Source: Tubulanus polymorphus (Eukaryota; Animalia; Nemertea). From it: a stretch of 64,000 nt of DNA. The stretch covers positions 5,766,001-5,830,000 of the forward strand of contig NC_134029.1 in the NCBI RefSeq assembly GCF_964204645.1, read 5' to 3'. A program made the position numbers and the translations under genes. Each line of letters opens with the position of its first letter. Position 1 is the stretch's first letter. Below are positions 1 through 11,986 of this stretch, piece after piece. A model generated the notes under the pieces. It saw only the letters and a program-made list of their open reading frames with translations. It was not told the origin of the DNA and ran no database searches.

Positions 1-1101
1 ATTTCTGCGACCTGTTCCGCAACGCGAACCTGCACTGCGACGCGCAGTTCACGTGTTCGGCATCGAGTAATATATTCGCGCGGCAAATACAACAGCGATT
101 CAAACAGACGATTATCAACGCGAAATACGGCGGCCAAACGGAAGCCGTTAAACGCCTGCTGGCTCAGTTACCGATAAGCGGACAGTCGTACAGCAGTAGT
201 CCTTACCTAGACTTATCCTTATTTAGTTATGACGATAAGTGGGTTTCTGTTATGGAAAGACCAAAAGCCTGCGGCGATCATCCAATCAGGTACTTCAATT
301 TTGTGTGATGGCTTTTTGTCCCCATAATTTCTTGTAAATGGGTCTCAGATAGGTACATTGCATACATAACAAATACATGTTAGAAATATCTTTGATTTTG
401 CAAAACGTATAAATTATTGTTTTTACTGATAGAATCGTTCATAGCCAGGCACTAGCCTATCTTACTGTTTGCTGTGAATTCGAAATTCGGCTAGGCCATC
501 TTCTAAAATTCGTCTTGTTGAACCACTTTATGGTTCACGATCTTTTTCCATCTCAGCACCTCATTTTTCGAATGATTTGCCAAACACATGCGTAACCAAC
601 AATCAAGGGTGATTATTAACATTTTTATCCAAAGACTGTCACTGTTTAATTGGATACATATTTTTCAAAGACCTGTAAGATTGTTTTAATGTTAAGTGCT
701 TTTGAATAATGAATTATTATTATTATCAAGGTTGGAATTCTGAGGCCAGTTGCACAGCAAAGCATAGATTTAATATCAGTCTCAGTCCATTTTTGCTCCG
801 TTACTGATGAATAGGCAGATGGGTCCCCTTGACACAAAGTAAACAATCATTTTACTATTTGGCGATGAATATCAGAAATATATTTTTCTCATTGTATTTA
901 TTTTTCAGGTTCTACGCTCGGGATTCTGGTCTTTTAAAGTTTAAGATCTATGCCGGTGTTTTGGGTAGAAATCCACCACCAGCCGCTCGAAGATTGGTTG
1001 CATTTACATTTCATCCTAGCGCTCCCTTTGCTGTAAGCGTTCAAAGGACTAATGCTGAATATGTAGTGAATTTTCATATTAGACATAGTCAGTCTCAATA
1101 A
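1..1101 (+). CDS. DET1: DET1 (de-etiolated 1, COP1/DDB1-CUL4 partner), last two coding exons; gene starts upstream of the window
   Basis: Exon <1-289 reads FCDLFRNA...[69 protein letters not shown] intron 290-908. Exon 909-1101 reads [16 protein letters not shown]...[33 protein letters not shown], the characteristic DET1 C-terminus. Confidence 0.96.
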
Positions 1102-2364
1102 ATAATGAAATTGTTGATGGAAAAATACTAATTTTTATAAGATATATATCTTGTTGTTTATTCATTTTTAAGTCTTAGTTTTCTTTGGTATTGTTGATAA
1201 TGTATTAATTGTGGTTGGCTGAGTATTGGAGGAAACATACTCTTCTGTTGTACCAGGCCCCATAACTTGACTTGTTGTTTTCTCATCACCAGCACTTCGT
1301 ACCAGCTAGCTCAACCAGCGATGATCCTGATATGGCATAGAGATGTGAATGTAGGCACCAGGGTCCCAGGTTCGCGAAGGGGGTTTAACTCAAACTCGAT
1401 GATAATTCGAATTGAAAGTGGTAATCCTTGGAGTTGACAGCATTTGGTTTACTTGACTTCTTTACACTTCTTTTAACTTCACTAAGGTAAAGCGATTATG
1501 AGACGTACGTCTCTAAGTGATACAGGAGCTCAAAGCTAGCTATTCCAGATCTCTATAGAGATGAGATAGGCACCTTATGGTATTTGGTTTGCCTCAACGA
1601 CGTAACAAAAGATGCGCTCGTTTTTGGAACATTCTGTTGATTAGGGAGACGCCTTGTTTGGGTTTGACATTGGGTTTGACGGTCGGACATAGAGAAGACA
1701 AAAGTATAATTTTTAGCGTTTTCGGTAAGTAACCTCTTAATTTTACTTTTGATTATAGGCCTGTGAAGTTTCAGTAGCTTTTGTTCCTTAAACGTGTAAA
1801 AACACTTAAGAAAATCTACAAAAAGTAGACAAATCAAACAATATTTTTCAGTAAGAGAAATACAATTCCACATACATGTATATTCATTCTAAAATATATT
1901 TGAAAAAAATGAAAATAATTCAGATCAAAATCTTCCGTTAATGTAATCAAGAATTAATAAATATCCGTATTCGGTTGTCATCGTATCATCCCTTGATCAG
2001 AATGAATGTAGCGTTTCTTTCCGTTTGTTGCAATTCGTAAGCTGACGAGTTGTCTGTTTCATATAATTCAGCAATAGTTTGATACTTGAAATAAATTGAC
2101 TTGATAAGTTGCTTAAATGTAACTAACTGGGAAGCCGTGCATTTACAAATTCCGAGTAAACGGCATTTTGTAAACAACATCCTGTCCAAAAAACACCTTG
2201 CCTCATTCACTCATGTTGATGTTCCATAATCTAATAAGTTTCGTTGACATACATGATAGTTTAATTGTAATATCGGCATTTTACACTAACTCGTACATCG
2301 CAATGTTTAAGACGAGAATTAATTTGCATTAAAAGACGGGGCTGTTATCTTTTGGTTTCAGAAA

Positions 2365-5024
2365 ATGGTCATTATGAATGAGATACTTTGTTATATGAAG
2401 TTATTGCTGGCATTGATACCGTGGCCATTGTACGGCTTCGTCACTGTGTGTTCCGTCATTTCAATATATTTCAGGTGAGTAACAGCAATCGAACTCCTGC
2501 AGTAGAAATAAAGAATGTGATATTTTATATGCTGATGTCAGGTTATCTAACATGAAATTCAAAAAAGTACAGTGAATCTTTAAAAACCCGTAACCGACGC
2601 TAGTATGCAAAAATAACATTTTCCTGAAGCAGAAAGCTTGCACAAAATCTTTCATTTTCAGTCGTAGAAATTTGAATCGACCTGTCCCTAGTTTGATCGC
2701 CGATGAATGCCCAGACGTGTCGATCATAAAACCTCTAATGGGCGTCGACCGTTTACTAGAAACTAATCTAGAAACGTATTTCCTTCTAACGTATCCAAAG
2801 GTAAGATAAAATATGTACGTGAACTAACACGCTTCATCGAAGTGGTTCTTTATGGCAAAATTATGGTTTTCTGGATCAACAAAGTACCGCATCGGCAGTT
2901 GAATCGAACCTCACTATCAGGAAAACCGCTAGCATGATTTAACCCTGAAAATAGAAGAATTCTGCCCGAACCGTTCAGCTACTGTCTTTGGACTGCCATT
3001 AGTCAATTAGAATATCTCTTACTGCTTTTATTTTCTTTTCTCGTTTTTCAGTATGAAATTTTATTCTGCGTACAAGATGAACAGGATCCGGTTATAGATA
3101 TGTGCCACAGGTTAATGGCGCGATTTCCGATAATTGACTGTAAACTATTCATTGGTAGGTGCAAAAACTTATATTCAGCACAATGAAAGCGAAATTAAAC
3201 CAGAATATTTTCTGTTTTGAATTATTGGAGCTTATATCAAGCCCCGATTAATTGATCTACACTATCAACATATAGAGAAAAATGTGCATTACTATTTATT
3301 TTGATGCACACAGGAGGAAAAAGTAGCGTAATAAATCCTATGGTTCAAAACATGTCCGTCGGTTATGAAAATGCTCAATACGGCTTGATATGGATAAGTT
3401 CTAGTAGAATAAAAGGTGCGTTCAGGAATAGTAGAACCATAACGTTCGAATTAGTACAATCGCAGATATATTTGTTGGAATTCTTGTTTTTTTTCAGCCA
3501 CCCAAAACAGTTTACAAGATATGGTGATAAAAATACGAAATCCAAACGTAGCTATAGTCCACCAAATACCATTCACCTCTGACCAGAAAGGCGTGGCGAA
3601 TACCGTCGAGAAAGTGAGTTATCAAAAATATATGAATCCTGTTGTCGGGCTGTTGGTGTACTGATGCTCTTAAAAACTAAAAAGATCATTGATGTTTTAG
3701 GTTATGGGATTGATCTGGGTGTGTTTTGAGTAAATATCCGATCGTGAAACTAAACCAGTGTCCGATTAATACGGAGTACTGAGTCTAGTGATATTCTTCG
3801 TTCTCTCACTTCAGTTAAGTTTTGGTGGTTCACTTGCACGATATTACATCGCCTTGAACCGTGTAGGGCTGTATTGCCTCACAGGAATGTCTTACCTGAT
3901 GAAGAAAGATGAACTGGACGCCCTCGGGGGTCTCACGCGGTTTGGAAAGTATCTTGCCGAAGACCATTTCCTCTCGAAAGCGTTATACGACAAGTAAGAT
4001 GATCATTACAGAAATCCCAGAAACCGAGAGTTTTGTATTGTATCTTCCCATTCTGCATTTAAATCCTCCATTTCAGAGGATTTACCCTTCAACTGTCAGA
4101 TATACCCGCCCAGCAGAACGTGTCGGGAACATCCATCGTAGCTTATAAGGATAGGATGGTTCGGTAAGATACCAGGTTCTTCGTCATGTACGACATAAAC
4201 GAAAAAAAGTTAGAACATAGATATTTTTATTCGGTAGTGTCCTCGTTTGCCAGAGTTTGATTGCCGCCCGCTGGAGCTCACGCCAATACAAAATTTACAT
4301 TGGTAGTGTCAGAAGGATCTGAGCAACAAACCCCCTACTTACATCTCAAATTTTAGATAAACTCGTCATCATTATTAGTTAGCCCATCATTACTAGTTAG
4401 TCCATAGACTCTAAAACGAATGGTTATGATAATTTCAGGTGGTCACGATTGAGATTAGCAATAATGCCTTTCGTCGCATCCCTCCTTGAACCGTTGATAG
4501 ACAGCATTACGTTAGGGTTGTACATGTCTTGGTCGACGTATCACTTTTTTTCGTTTGACCCGTATATATTTTTTGTTTGTCACATTGGTGTGTGGGTTAT
4601 CTTAGACTATACATTAGTCGGCGGAATACAGGTAAACATATAAAAAAACTGTTTTAAATCAAATGATGCATTCTTAATCGAACACCCGTATATTAGGCTA
4701 TGGAGTAACTATTTTCTCATAATTTACCAAATATCAATGTAGCTTTGCCTTTTGCAATATAAAGTGACATTGTATTGTACTTTCTTACTCCGGCTTTGTG
4801 TTGGGTTTGCAAAATATTGTTTTTTTTTACAGAATGGTGCATTTGCTTTTTCGAAGTCGGAATTCCTCGTTGCGTGGTTGATTCGAGAAGTTCTGCAAAT
4901 TCTGATACATTTCGAAGCGCTAGTCGACGCCAGGAAAATAAAATGGGGAAAACGAACGTACAAAATGAAACTTGGTGGCGACACCGAAGTTATTTCAGAG
5001 AAATTACCATTACAATACGTGTAA
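2365..5024 (+). CDS. UGCG: Ceramide glucosyltransferase (UGCG/GT21)-like protein, 9 exons, ~406 aa, with substituted active-site motifs
   Basis: Exons 2365-2474, 2662-2800, 3052-3154, 3314-3415, 3498-3613, 3815-3993, 4077-4163, 4439-4631, 4833-5024 (1221 nt, in frame). N-terminal TM helix, then VSIIKPLMGVD..LETYF..YPKYEILFCVQD, CLTGMSYLMKKD.LD..GGL..F..YLAEDHF, RMVRWSRLR and C-terminal WGKRTYKMKLGG. It is collinear with UGCG; it may be a paralog rather than the orthologue. Confidence 0.9.
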
Positions 5025-5431
5025 ACGATACTGAATATGCATACTCAAAAAATGTTCCTAATACAAACCATGTTTTCATGTAAAAAGAATGAAATTTCTG
5101 TGTTCGTTTTAGAATTTAGAATTCATCTATTAGGCTAGCTTTGTACTTTATTTGTGCAATAATTCGGGACTCGAACCTAATATTTGCTAATGCGCGATTG
5201 ACAGGAGGGAAACCGGAAGGGAATCCCTAAGAATTGATTTGAATTTATCGAGCAAATTGCGAACTTTATTTATTACTGTTTATGTTGTAAATGAATCTAT
5301 TGTTGTTGCTATTAATGTACGCTGTAGCGAATTATATTACTATTTACATTAGAATAAAAGCTACATTAGCATGAAAAGCACTTGACTTCTCTCAGTCAGA
5401 CAATTCAATCTAAATCCCATCACTATCAGTC

Positions 5432-6137
5432 ATGTCTTGCTGTCATGTTTGTGGAGAAATAAGGAATCCAATGAAAAGATGCACAAGGTGCCATAACGTG
5501 ATGTATTGGTAAGTCGAAAAATCGTATTTGTTCGTTATGTCGGCTGAATGGCTTTTTTCATATCTCTACTGAGGACTTGAAGGATTCTTGGGGAAGTTCG
5601 CTCAATTACTGTATTTTCTTAAGTCAAACAAAACTACCCTTTTTCAGCTCAAGAGAATGTCAGATAAAGAATTGGCCTGAACACAGAGTGACATGCATTC
5701 CAGAAAACAATAAAAACTCCGAAACAGAGGAATCGACTCAGATGTCTCACACCACTGAGCTACCAGTCGAAGCTCGATCCGTAAATATCGTAGTTAAAGC
5801 TAATAAAACAAAGTACAACATTGCCATTCCGGAAACTTGGAACGGAGAGAGAATTATGAACAAAATCACCGAAACTGTAAAAATTCCGTTGGATAAAATG
5901 AAATTGATTCACAAAGGCAGAAAATTGGATGCAACGATTATCAAAACAACGATAAGGAATAAAGTGATTTATCAAGCTATCGGCGAGAAAAACGAGGACG
6001 AATCTGGACTAGACACAGAGGATATACTGACTCTGATGAAACAAATGTCAGTCGATCGGAATACAGCGGTTAAAGCTCTCAGACAATCTGATAACAGTGA
6101 TCTAGTTGATGCTATTATATGGCTGGGCAATAGGTAG
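5432..6137 (+). CDS. Small protein (~188 aa): MYND zinc finger + ubiquitin-like domain + C-terminal UBA-like (NAC/HYPK-type) domain
   Basis: Exon 5432-5508 (MSCCHVCGEIRNPMKRCTRCHNVMYC) splices to 5648-6137 (SRECQIKNWPEHRVTC completes the MYND finger; VNIVVKANKTKYNIAI...IPLDKMKLIHKGRKL is UBL-like; EDILTLMKQMSVDRNTAVKALRQSDNSDLVDAIIWL is UBA-like). Confidence 0.85.
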
Positions 6138-6724
6138 GCCCTATGGAACAATCTGATGTTGATTTTGTACCCAAAGAGAAGAAAACAAATGAAGAGTTTA
6201 GTGCTATCTTATATGGTTTCTTTTAATTCTATTTGATTTGAATGACATGATAGGGTAGTATAGTATATTAAAGCAAATCTTGCCATAAATAAGTGCATAC
6301 ATGGGCGCTGAAATATTTCATTACCTTCGAAAATGTATTATTAGGCTAAAAATATTAGTACCTTGTTTCTCATATTTGGCCTGATCACTTCAGTAAACTG
6401 CAATAATATTTTAATATTTTATCAATTCATTTCCATAACTACCAGGCCTATTATTAGGGGTTAGATGTTAGGCAATGTACGAAGTGGCTTTTAAGTTTAC
6501 CAGAAATGAGAAATAAGGTATCCCTTTTTTTAGCCTTAGAGTCACAGTTTTAGGATAGCACATCCAATGAGTGCATCAAGAATTCAATTTCATATCAAAA
6601 TATTAGTGGATTTACAATTGATGTTTTCATTATAGTTTATCATATTCAACTATCATATTGGAATTCCAAAATAATGAAGGTTCCACTGGATAGATATGGA
6701 TTTTATAACATTGGTGTTAGTGCG

Positions 6725-8740
6725 TTATGTTCCGGGTATTTTACAAGGCATCTGTTCTCCATTTAGAGCGGCGATAATATTTCGAGCGGTTAGAAGTGAC
6801 ATTGTGCTACGTGTTTCCTCAGTAGCGCTTCCTATATGCGGCAAAACGACGCAGTTGTCCAACTGTAACAGCGGGTTATCCACGGGTAATGGCTCCGGCG
6901 TCGTGACGTCGAGACCAGCCGCCCGTATTTCCCCGGATTTTAACGCTAAGTACAAGTCATCTTGGTTGACAACCGGACCGCGACTAGTATTAACTAGAAT
7001 CGCATTGCGTTTCATCTTTTTGAAAGCCTCCGTGTTGAACATGCCTTTCGTTTGATCAGTCAACGCACAAGAAACAATCACAAAATCAGACTGTTCCAGT
7101 AGTTCATCCATTGAAACGAATGTAGCACAAATTTCCTGTTCAGCTGTTTCTTTTCTGGTGTTGCCCGTGTATAAAAACCTGTCCACCCCAAATGGTTGTA
7201 GTCTCCTACCGATGGCGAGTCCTAAACCAAAAGATAATCAGTAGCCAACATGAGTATTGCAAAATTAAATTATTATACAAACACAAGTCATATTTCTGGT
7301 TTAACCTTCCTCACCTATTCTTCCCAAGCCAACGATTCCTACTGTGCTATGGTGAAGGCCTTGGCCACATAGCCACAAAGGTTGCCACGTTCCCCATAGT
7401 CCAGCCTTCACAGCATGAACACCTGAAATAAGAAATAGATTAGATCCCTTTAGTTTTGCATTAAACCTACTTTAGATTCCTTTCGCTGTACCAGTCAACT
7501 TGAAATTACAAGAATCAGTGAATTTAAATATCATTTTTTTGGTATGACTTTCTACTTAACATCTAGAAATATTGAAGAATAAACCCACAATACAAAGTGA
7601 TGTTTTGATATTTCGACTCAAATGCTATCGGCCATTTTCAATTTCAGGATTTAAACAAGAGTGCAACATAACTTTCAGAAATCGATATTGAAATGATAAT
7701 AATATTTACAGTAGGCCTATTTTTCGAAAAACTGTCAGACACTCACCTTCGGAGAGACGACGTGAAGTGTTTAGGAGTAAAGCGACAGTTAGTTCAGCTG
7801 TGGCATCAGTGAGCACTTCAGGAGTATAACCTACTGGTATTCCACGTGATTTACATGCCTCTATATCAATATGATCATAACCAACCGACATCGTTCCAAT
7901 TACTTTCAAATTAGGACCTGAAAACACAATTAAAGATTGCTAGATACGTAACAAACCGCAGTTAAGATGTGCTGTATGGTGGTGCCTCTAACCCTTACAC
8001 AATAAGATATGCAAAGTGCCCGACATAAATAGTCAAGTTGTCAGTTTGGACATTGGTCCAGTTTTTAAGTTCACGCAGTAACAGTTACTAATTAGTCAGG
8101 GTGTTCCTACAGATCAGTCATTCCTGGATGTAAGGAGTGTTCAATTTTGAATTCGCTTACCAGTAACCACCTTATTGGTTAAAATGAATTAATTTCCCAA
8201 CTGCATTAATTTAAGGGTAGTCTACAGTATAACTACAAACTATGTAGACAATAATTTTGGATTGCCTAGAAAAAATCGAAAAATCGAGGATTTTGGGCGC
8301 TTTAATCAAGTACGGTTTCTAAATCAATTCTCACTGCCCCACCGGATTATTCAGTAACCTGTCTGTGGTTTAGTTTCACAGTCAGGTATTTTCATAAGCC
8401 CATCTGATTATAAAAGCTTACCACCAACGATTAGGTAACAAACTAACCTACCTGCTGCATCAAGCACCGTAGAATCAATCTTGTCAGTTAGAAGGCAGAA
8501 AAGTGCATCGACATCTTTGATCTGTTTCAGAAGCTCTTCCCTTGATGGTGGCAAATCGCCGTCAATTTTTCTAATTTGACAGTATTTTGACAGAAGCTCC
8601 TCCCCCGCCGTGGGTACGCGTCTGGTGATTAACGCTACCGGTTTGTTATCGTTACTCGGCTGATATCTAGACATAGTTCTAAATGAATATACAATTAAGG
8701 ATCGACTATTTCGTTTCAATAAAGAAATCCACAGCTTCAT
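6725..8740 (-). CDS. GRHPR: Glyoxylate reductase/hydroxypyruvate reductase, 4 exons, ~354 aa (second in-frame ATG at 8674)
   Basis: Exons 8740-8452, 7917-7747, 7422-7315, 7221-6725 (1065 nt). Motifs: [35 protein letters not shown], Rossmann [39 protein letters not shown]. Confidence 0.96.
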
Positions 8741-9151
8741 ATTAGGCCAAAGCAGACCAATTCAAACCGGGGACGAACGGAAATAATGGACGGCTTTTTG
8801 ATTGACTTGAATTGATATTAACAAATTCAAATCGTTTATTGACTTCTTTAGGTTAACATTGAACTATAAAATTCAAAATCAAATTTTGACTGGAGTTCTA
8901 TGATTAAACGTATCGGCAAAATGCACTGTCAATATCACGACTTTGTTTCTTTTGTAAATCTGGACTTTCCATGATCCAAGCTGTCCAGTCAGTCCTCTTT
9001 GAAGACCAAGGCGTACCCGCCAGTTTTGGGTGGCTTCACGAAACCTGTTCTAGTTTTTCATGTCAGGTGAACATTACGACGAAACCTATGAAAAAAGTAT
9101 CATTAATCGTCGTGATGGATCGTGCTTGTACACCGGCACGGAAATTATGAC

Positions 9152-9284
9152 CAGGGTCCGGTTTCATGAAAAAGTTTAAGCTTAAATCAGTTAAGTTTGA
9201 ATTGTCCTCATTGAAAACACGAAGTAACCAATGGCGATTACACTAAAAAATTGAGTTAAACTTTCTCGTGAAACTGGATCCAGG
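9152..9284. mobile_element. MITE family A (~133 bp), copy 1
   Basis: Imperfect terminal inverted repeats (cagggtccggtttcatgaaaaagtttaa ... ttaaactttctcgtgaaactggatccag). It aligns over its whole length with the reverse complement of 19793-19926. Confidence 0.85.
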
Positions 9285-9885
9285 GCGGATAACGGGCAAG
9301 GCAGGCCGTAATTCTTTGAATAATCATTTCTTCAAGGTTACTGTAAAGTAAGTTCTCTGGTGTGTATGACGCTTTTACAGTAAACCGACGAACTGTAAAT
9401 CTCGTCTACGGGGAATTTAAAAAAATAGTCTATGTACTTTAGCCGCGGATTTAAGCGGTGGTGCACTTGACACCAGAACTACAAGAGTATTAGTTCGCTT
9501 ACCTTGGAGCCTTATCGTCAACATTCGCAAAGAAACTTTAAGCCATAGAAAAAAAATCACCAACATGTTTCACGTATTCATACCACTAAATCTTCCATTT
9601 GCAAGAAAACCGCGATTAGAAAACGAATTTGAAAAGGAAAACCTTTACAAAGGTATGGATGACGTAGTATATTTTACATTCAAATCAGTGATGACAATTA
9701 AAAAACGAAGCTGAATCTAGCACAATATCGACTTCTGACAACCCGAACCAAACAATTCAAATGTGATTAACAGAGGAAAAGCATTTTCGTTTACGAAAGA
9801 ACTTGAAAGACAATGTCATTTTTCTTTAAAACACCAATTGCGCGAAAATTCCAGGGTTAAGGACAATAATATCCGACAAACTTGA

Positions 9886-11986
9886 TTAAAGCGTCTTTCT
9901 CGAAAGGACCTCTCCAAATTTCTTGCAACTTTTGAGCATGTGCTTTAGATTGCCGGCTATTTTATCTTCGTAGAGTTTGATGAATGCCCACGGCGAATTC
10001 ATACTATAGTCGATTGTTACGATCGTTCCTGAATATCCTTGCTTAACGATACTGGTGAAACTCCAAGAACTGTTAACTGAAATGAACACGAACAACACGA
10101 TATCATATCGTTAATCATGGATATCACACATTCAAGTATGCCTACCCGGATATAAACCTATATGATAATCTAACAAAACTGAACCTAACTGGCCCCTACA
10201 ATTTAACAAGTCTCAATTGCTGTCGTACAATAAATGAAGATTTTTAGTTGATCCAATTAGATCTGGGGAGGCAGTTCAGCGGCGCAGACCGTTAAGTAAA
10301 ATGATTCATTAATTGACTTAATACGTACATTGTATCAGACCCCACAGAAGCGGCTCCGACGAAGACGACGTGCGCAGTTTTTTCGGATCCTGGACTGTGT
10401 TCGTGAGATACGTGACGTTTCCTAGGAGAGCCACTGCTTCCCTAATAGACAGAGCCAAGTGACTAATGCCTTGCGAGTCGACCGTTTCCTTCTCGATCAA
10501 AACGGTATGCCTAGAAAATATAGAGAAACGTGAAGACGATATTTTTCCCGTACGCGTTAATCTATTGCGTTTATTTTCGAAATAAGCACCTTGCGCTGAA
10601 AACAACGAACGGCCAGTGGCATGTTAATTAAATATAGCGACGTACACCTGCAGGGGATCCCATCGGGAAGTGCATTTCCCCTTTGGGATAATGAATAAAA
10701 ATACACCTCTCACTAGAGTTAATGAAGGCAATTAGCCGAGATAAATTTTCTGGATGCACCTCTAACGCATACACAAAAACAATAAAACATCTCAAGTAGA
10801 TATACGTTGAACGTGATAGCCCGAAACATTACGTATAAACATATACCCCCAGATTGAATCACGTTTGAAAATAAATTTCATGATTCACGTTCTTCATTCT
10901 ACCCGATCGGCCGTCGATCGTAAATTAAGGCGTATTTTGCGCACAATCTGGCAGTAATATTCGACTTTTTTTTGAACGAGGTATACGGAATTTTTTGCTC
11001 GCTTGATAAAGAGGATAAGCTATATTTACAACCACCAGAGTGTCTTGGTTTATACATTCCAGCTCAACGCGCGCACTGAGCGGTTCACTTACCGAAACAT
11101 CGAAACCGGTAGTAAGTTTATACTGATACTTTATCATTTATAACATTCGCGGTGATGTAAGATAATCGTATATCACCTGGGCAAACGTACTGAACTTACA
11201 AAATCCTACAAACGAGCGTCTAGAATAAGAACTACACGAAAAATCAGTGAAAAAAATCGAAAAAATGATATCGTAGCGATGAAAGTTGTACAGGATGCCT
11301 CAGAAGATTCTGGCGCTTAGTATCGATTCAAAAACTTTCAAAGAAAAAAACTTCGATAACCTTTTCCTGTACGATTTTTTGTTAGAAATTTGATCTAAGG
11401 TTGGCTCACAGAATTAACTTTCCGCCTATTCGTCTGAAAACATTCGTTTTATTCTATCTTATTAATCAGAGCTAATGGTAAGAATGCATTTATGCGTCTG
11501 TGTATGAGTTTTACCAGTATTTATGCAGCCAAGTGCTGTTCTTGTAAACAACGATATTTTGGAACAACAACAAAGTCACGCATAGTACGAAACACCGTTC
11601 TGGATCGAAGATACACCGAAATGCTCCCACGAAGATAAGGACACAGGTTTATATTCAGTTACAAGAAAGAAGTTTGTGTGAAAATATATGATATCATATA
11701 GAAATTCATTTCGATGTTAACAATGGCACTATTGGCCAACGTCGAAATACGTCGAAAACTAAAAACAATATCTCGCGTTGGTATTTATAGAAACAGAAAA
11801 GTATACTTACACTTGGCGCGCTAACTTTGGCAATATCCTCGGATTTCGTAAAATCGTGAAAACATCTCGCGGCTCGGCCTGCACGAAAATGGACTGTTTC
11901 AGAGTCAGATGATCCGGTTGCATGAGGAGAAAAATCGAAACTGCAAGCAGTGGGACTCCGATCACCAGTCCATACGGTACACCCAT
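9886..11986 (-). CDS. Uncharacterised ~182-aa protein with N-terminal signal/anchor and an SRPBCC (START/Bet v1/polyketide-cyclase)-like domain
   Basis: Exons 11986-11811, 10510-10329, 10076-9886 join in phase (549 nt). Hydrophobic N-terminus MGVPYGLVIGVPLLAVSIFLLM, then LTLKQSIFVQAEPRDVFTILRNPRILPKL (typical SRPBCC beta1-alpha1 start), alternating beta-strands and a long C-terminal helix (KIAGNLKHMLKSCKKFGE). The fold call is from pattern only. Confidence 0.75.

Noticed and set aside
5161-5182. GGTTCGAGTCC (minus strand) as part of a tRNA gene
   Set aside because: Isolated B-box-like word; no acceptor, D or anticodon arms can be formed around it.
6696-7055. 119-aa plus-strand ORF, and similar ORFs at 5760-5975, 37677-37955, 44398-44815 and 47941-48174
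   Set aside because: Antisense shadows of real exons (GRHPR, MYND-UBL gene, CCT3, FoxAB, RWDD2) with no motifs of their own.
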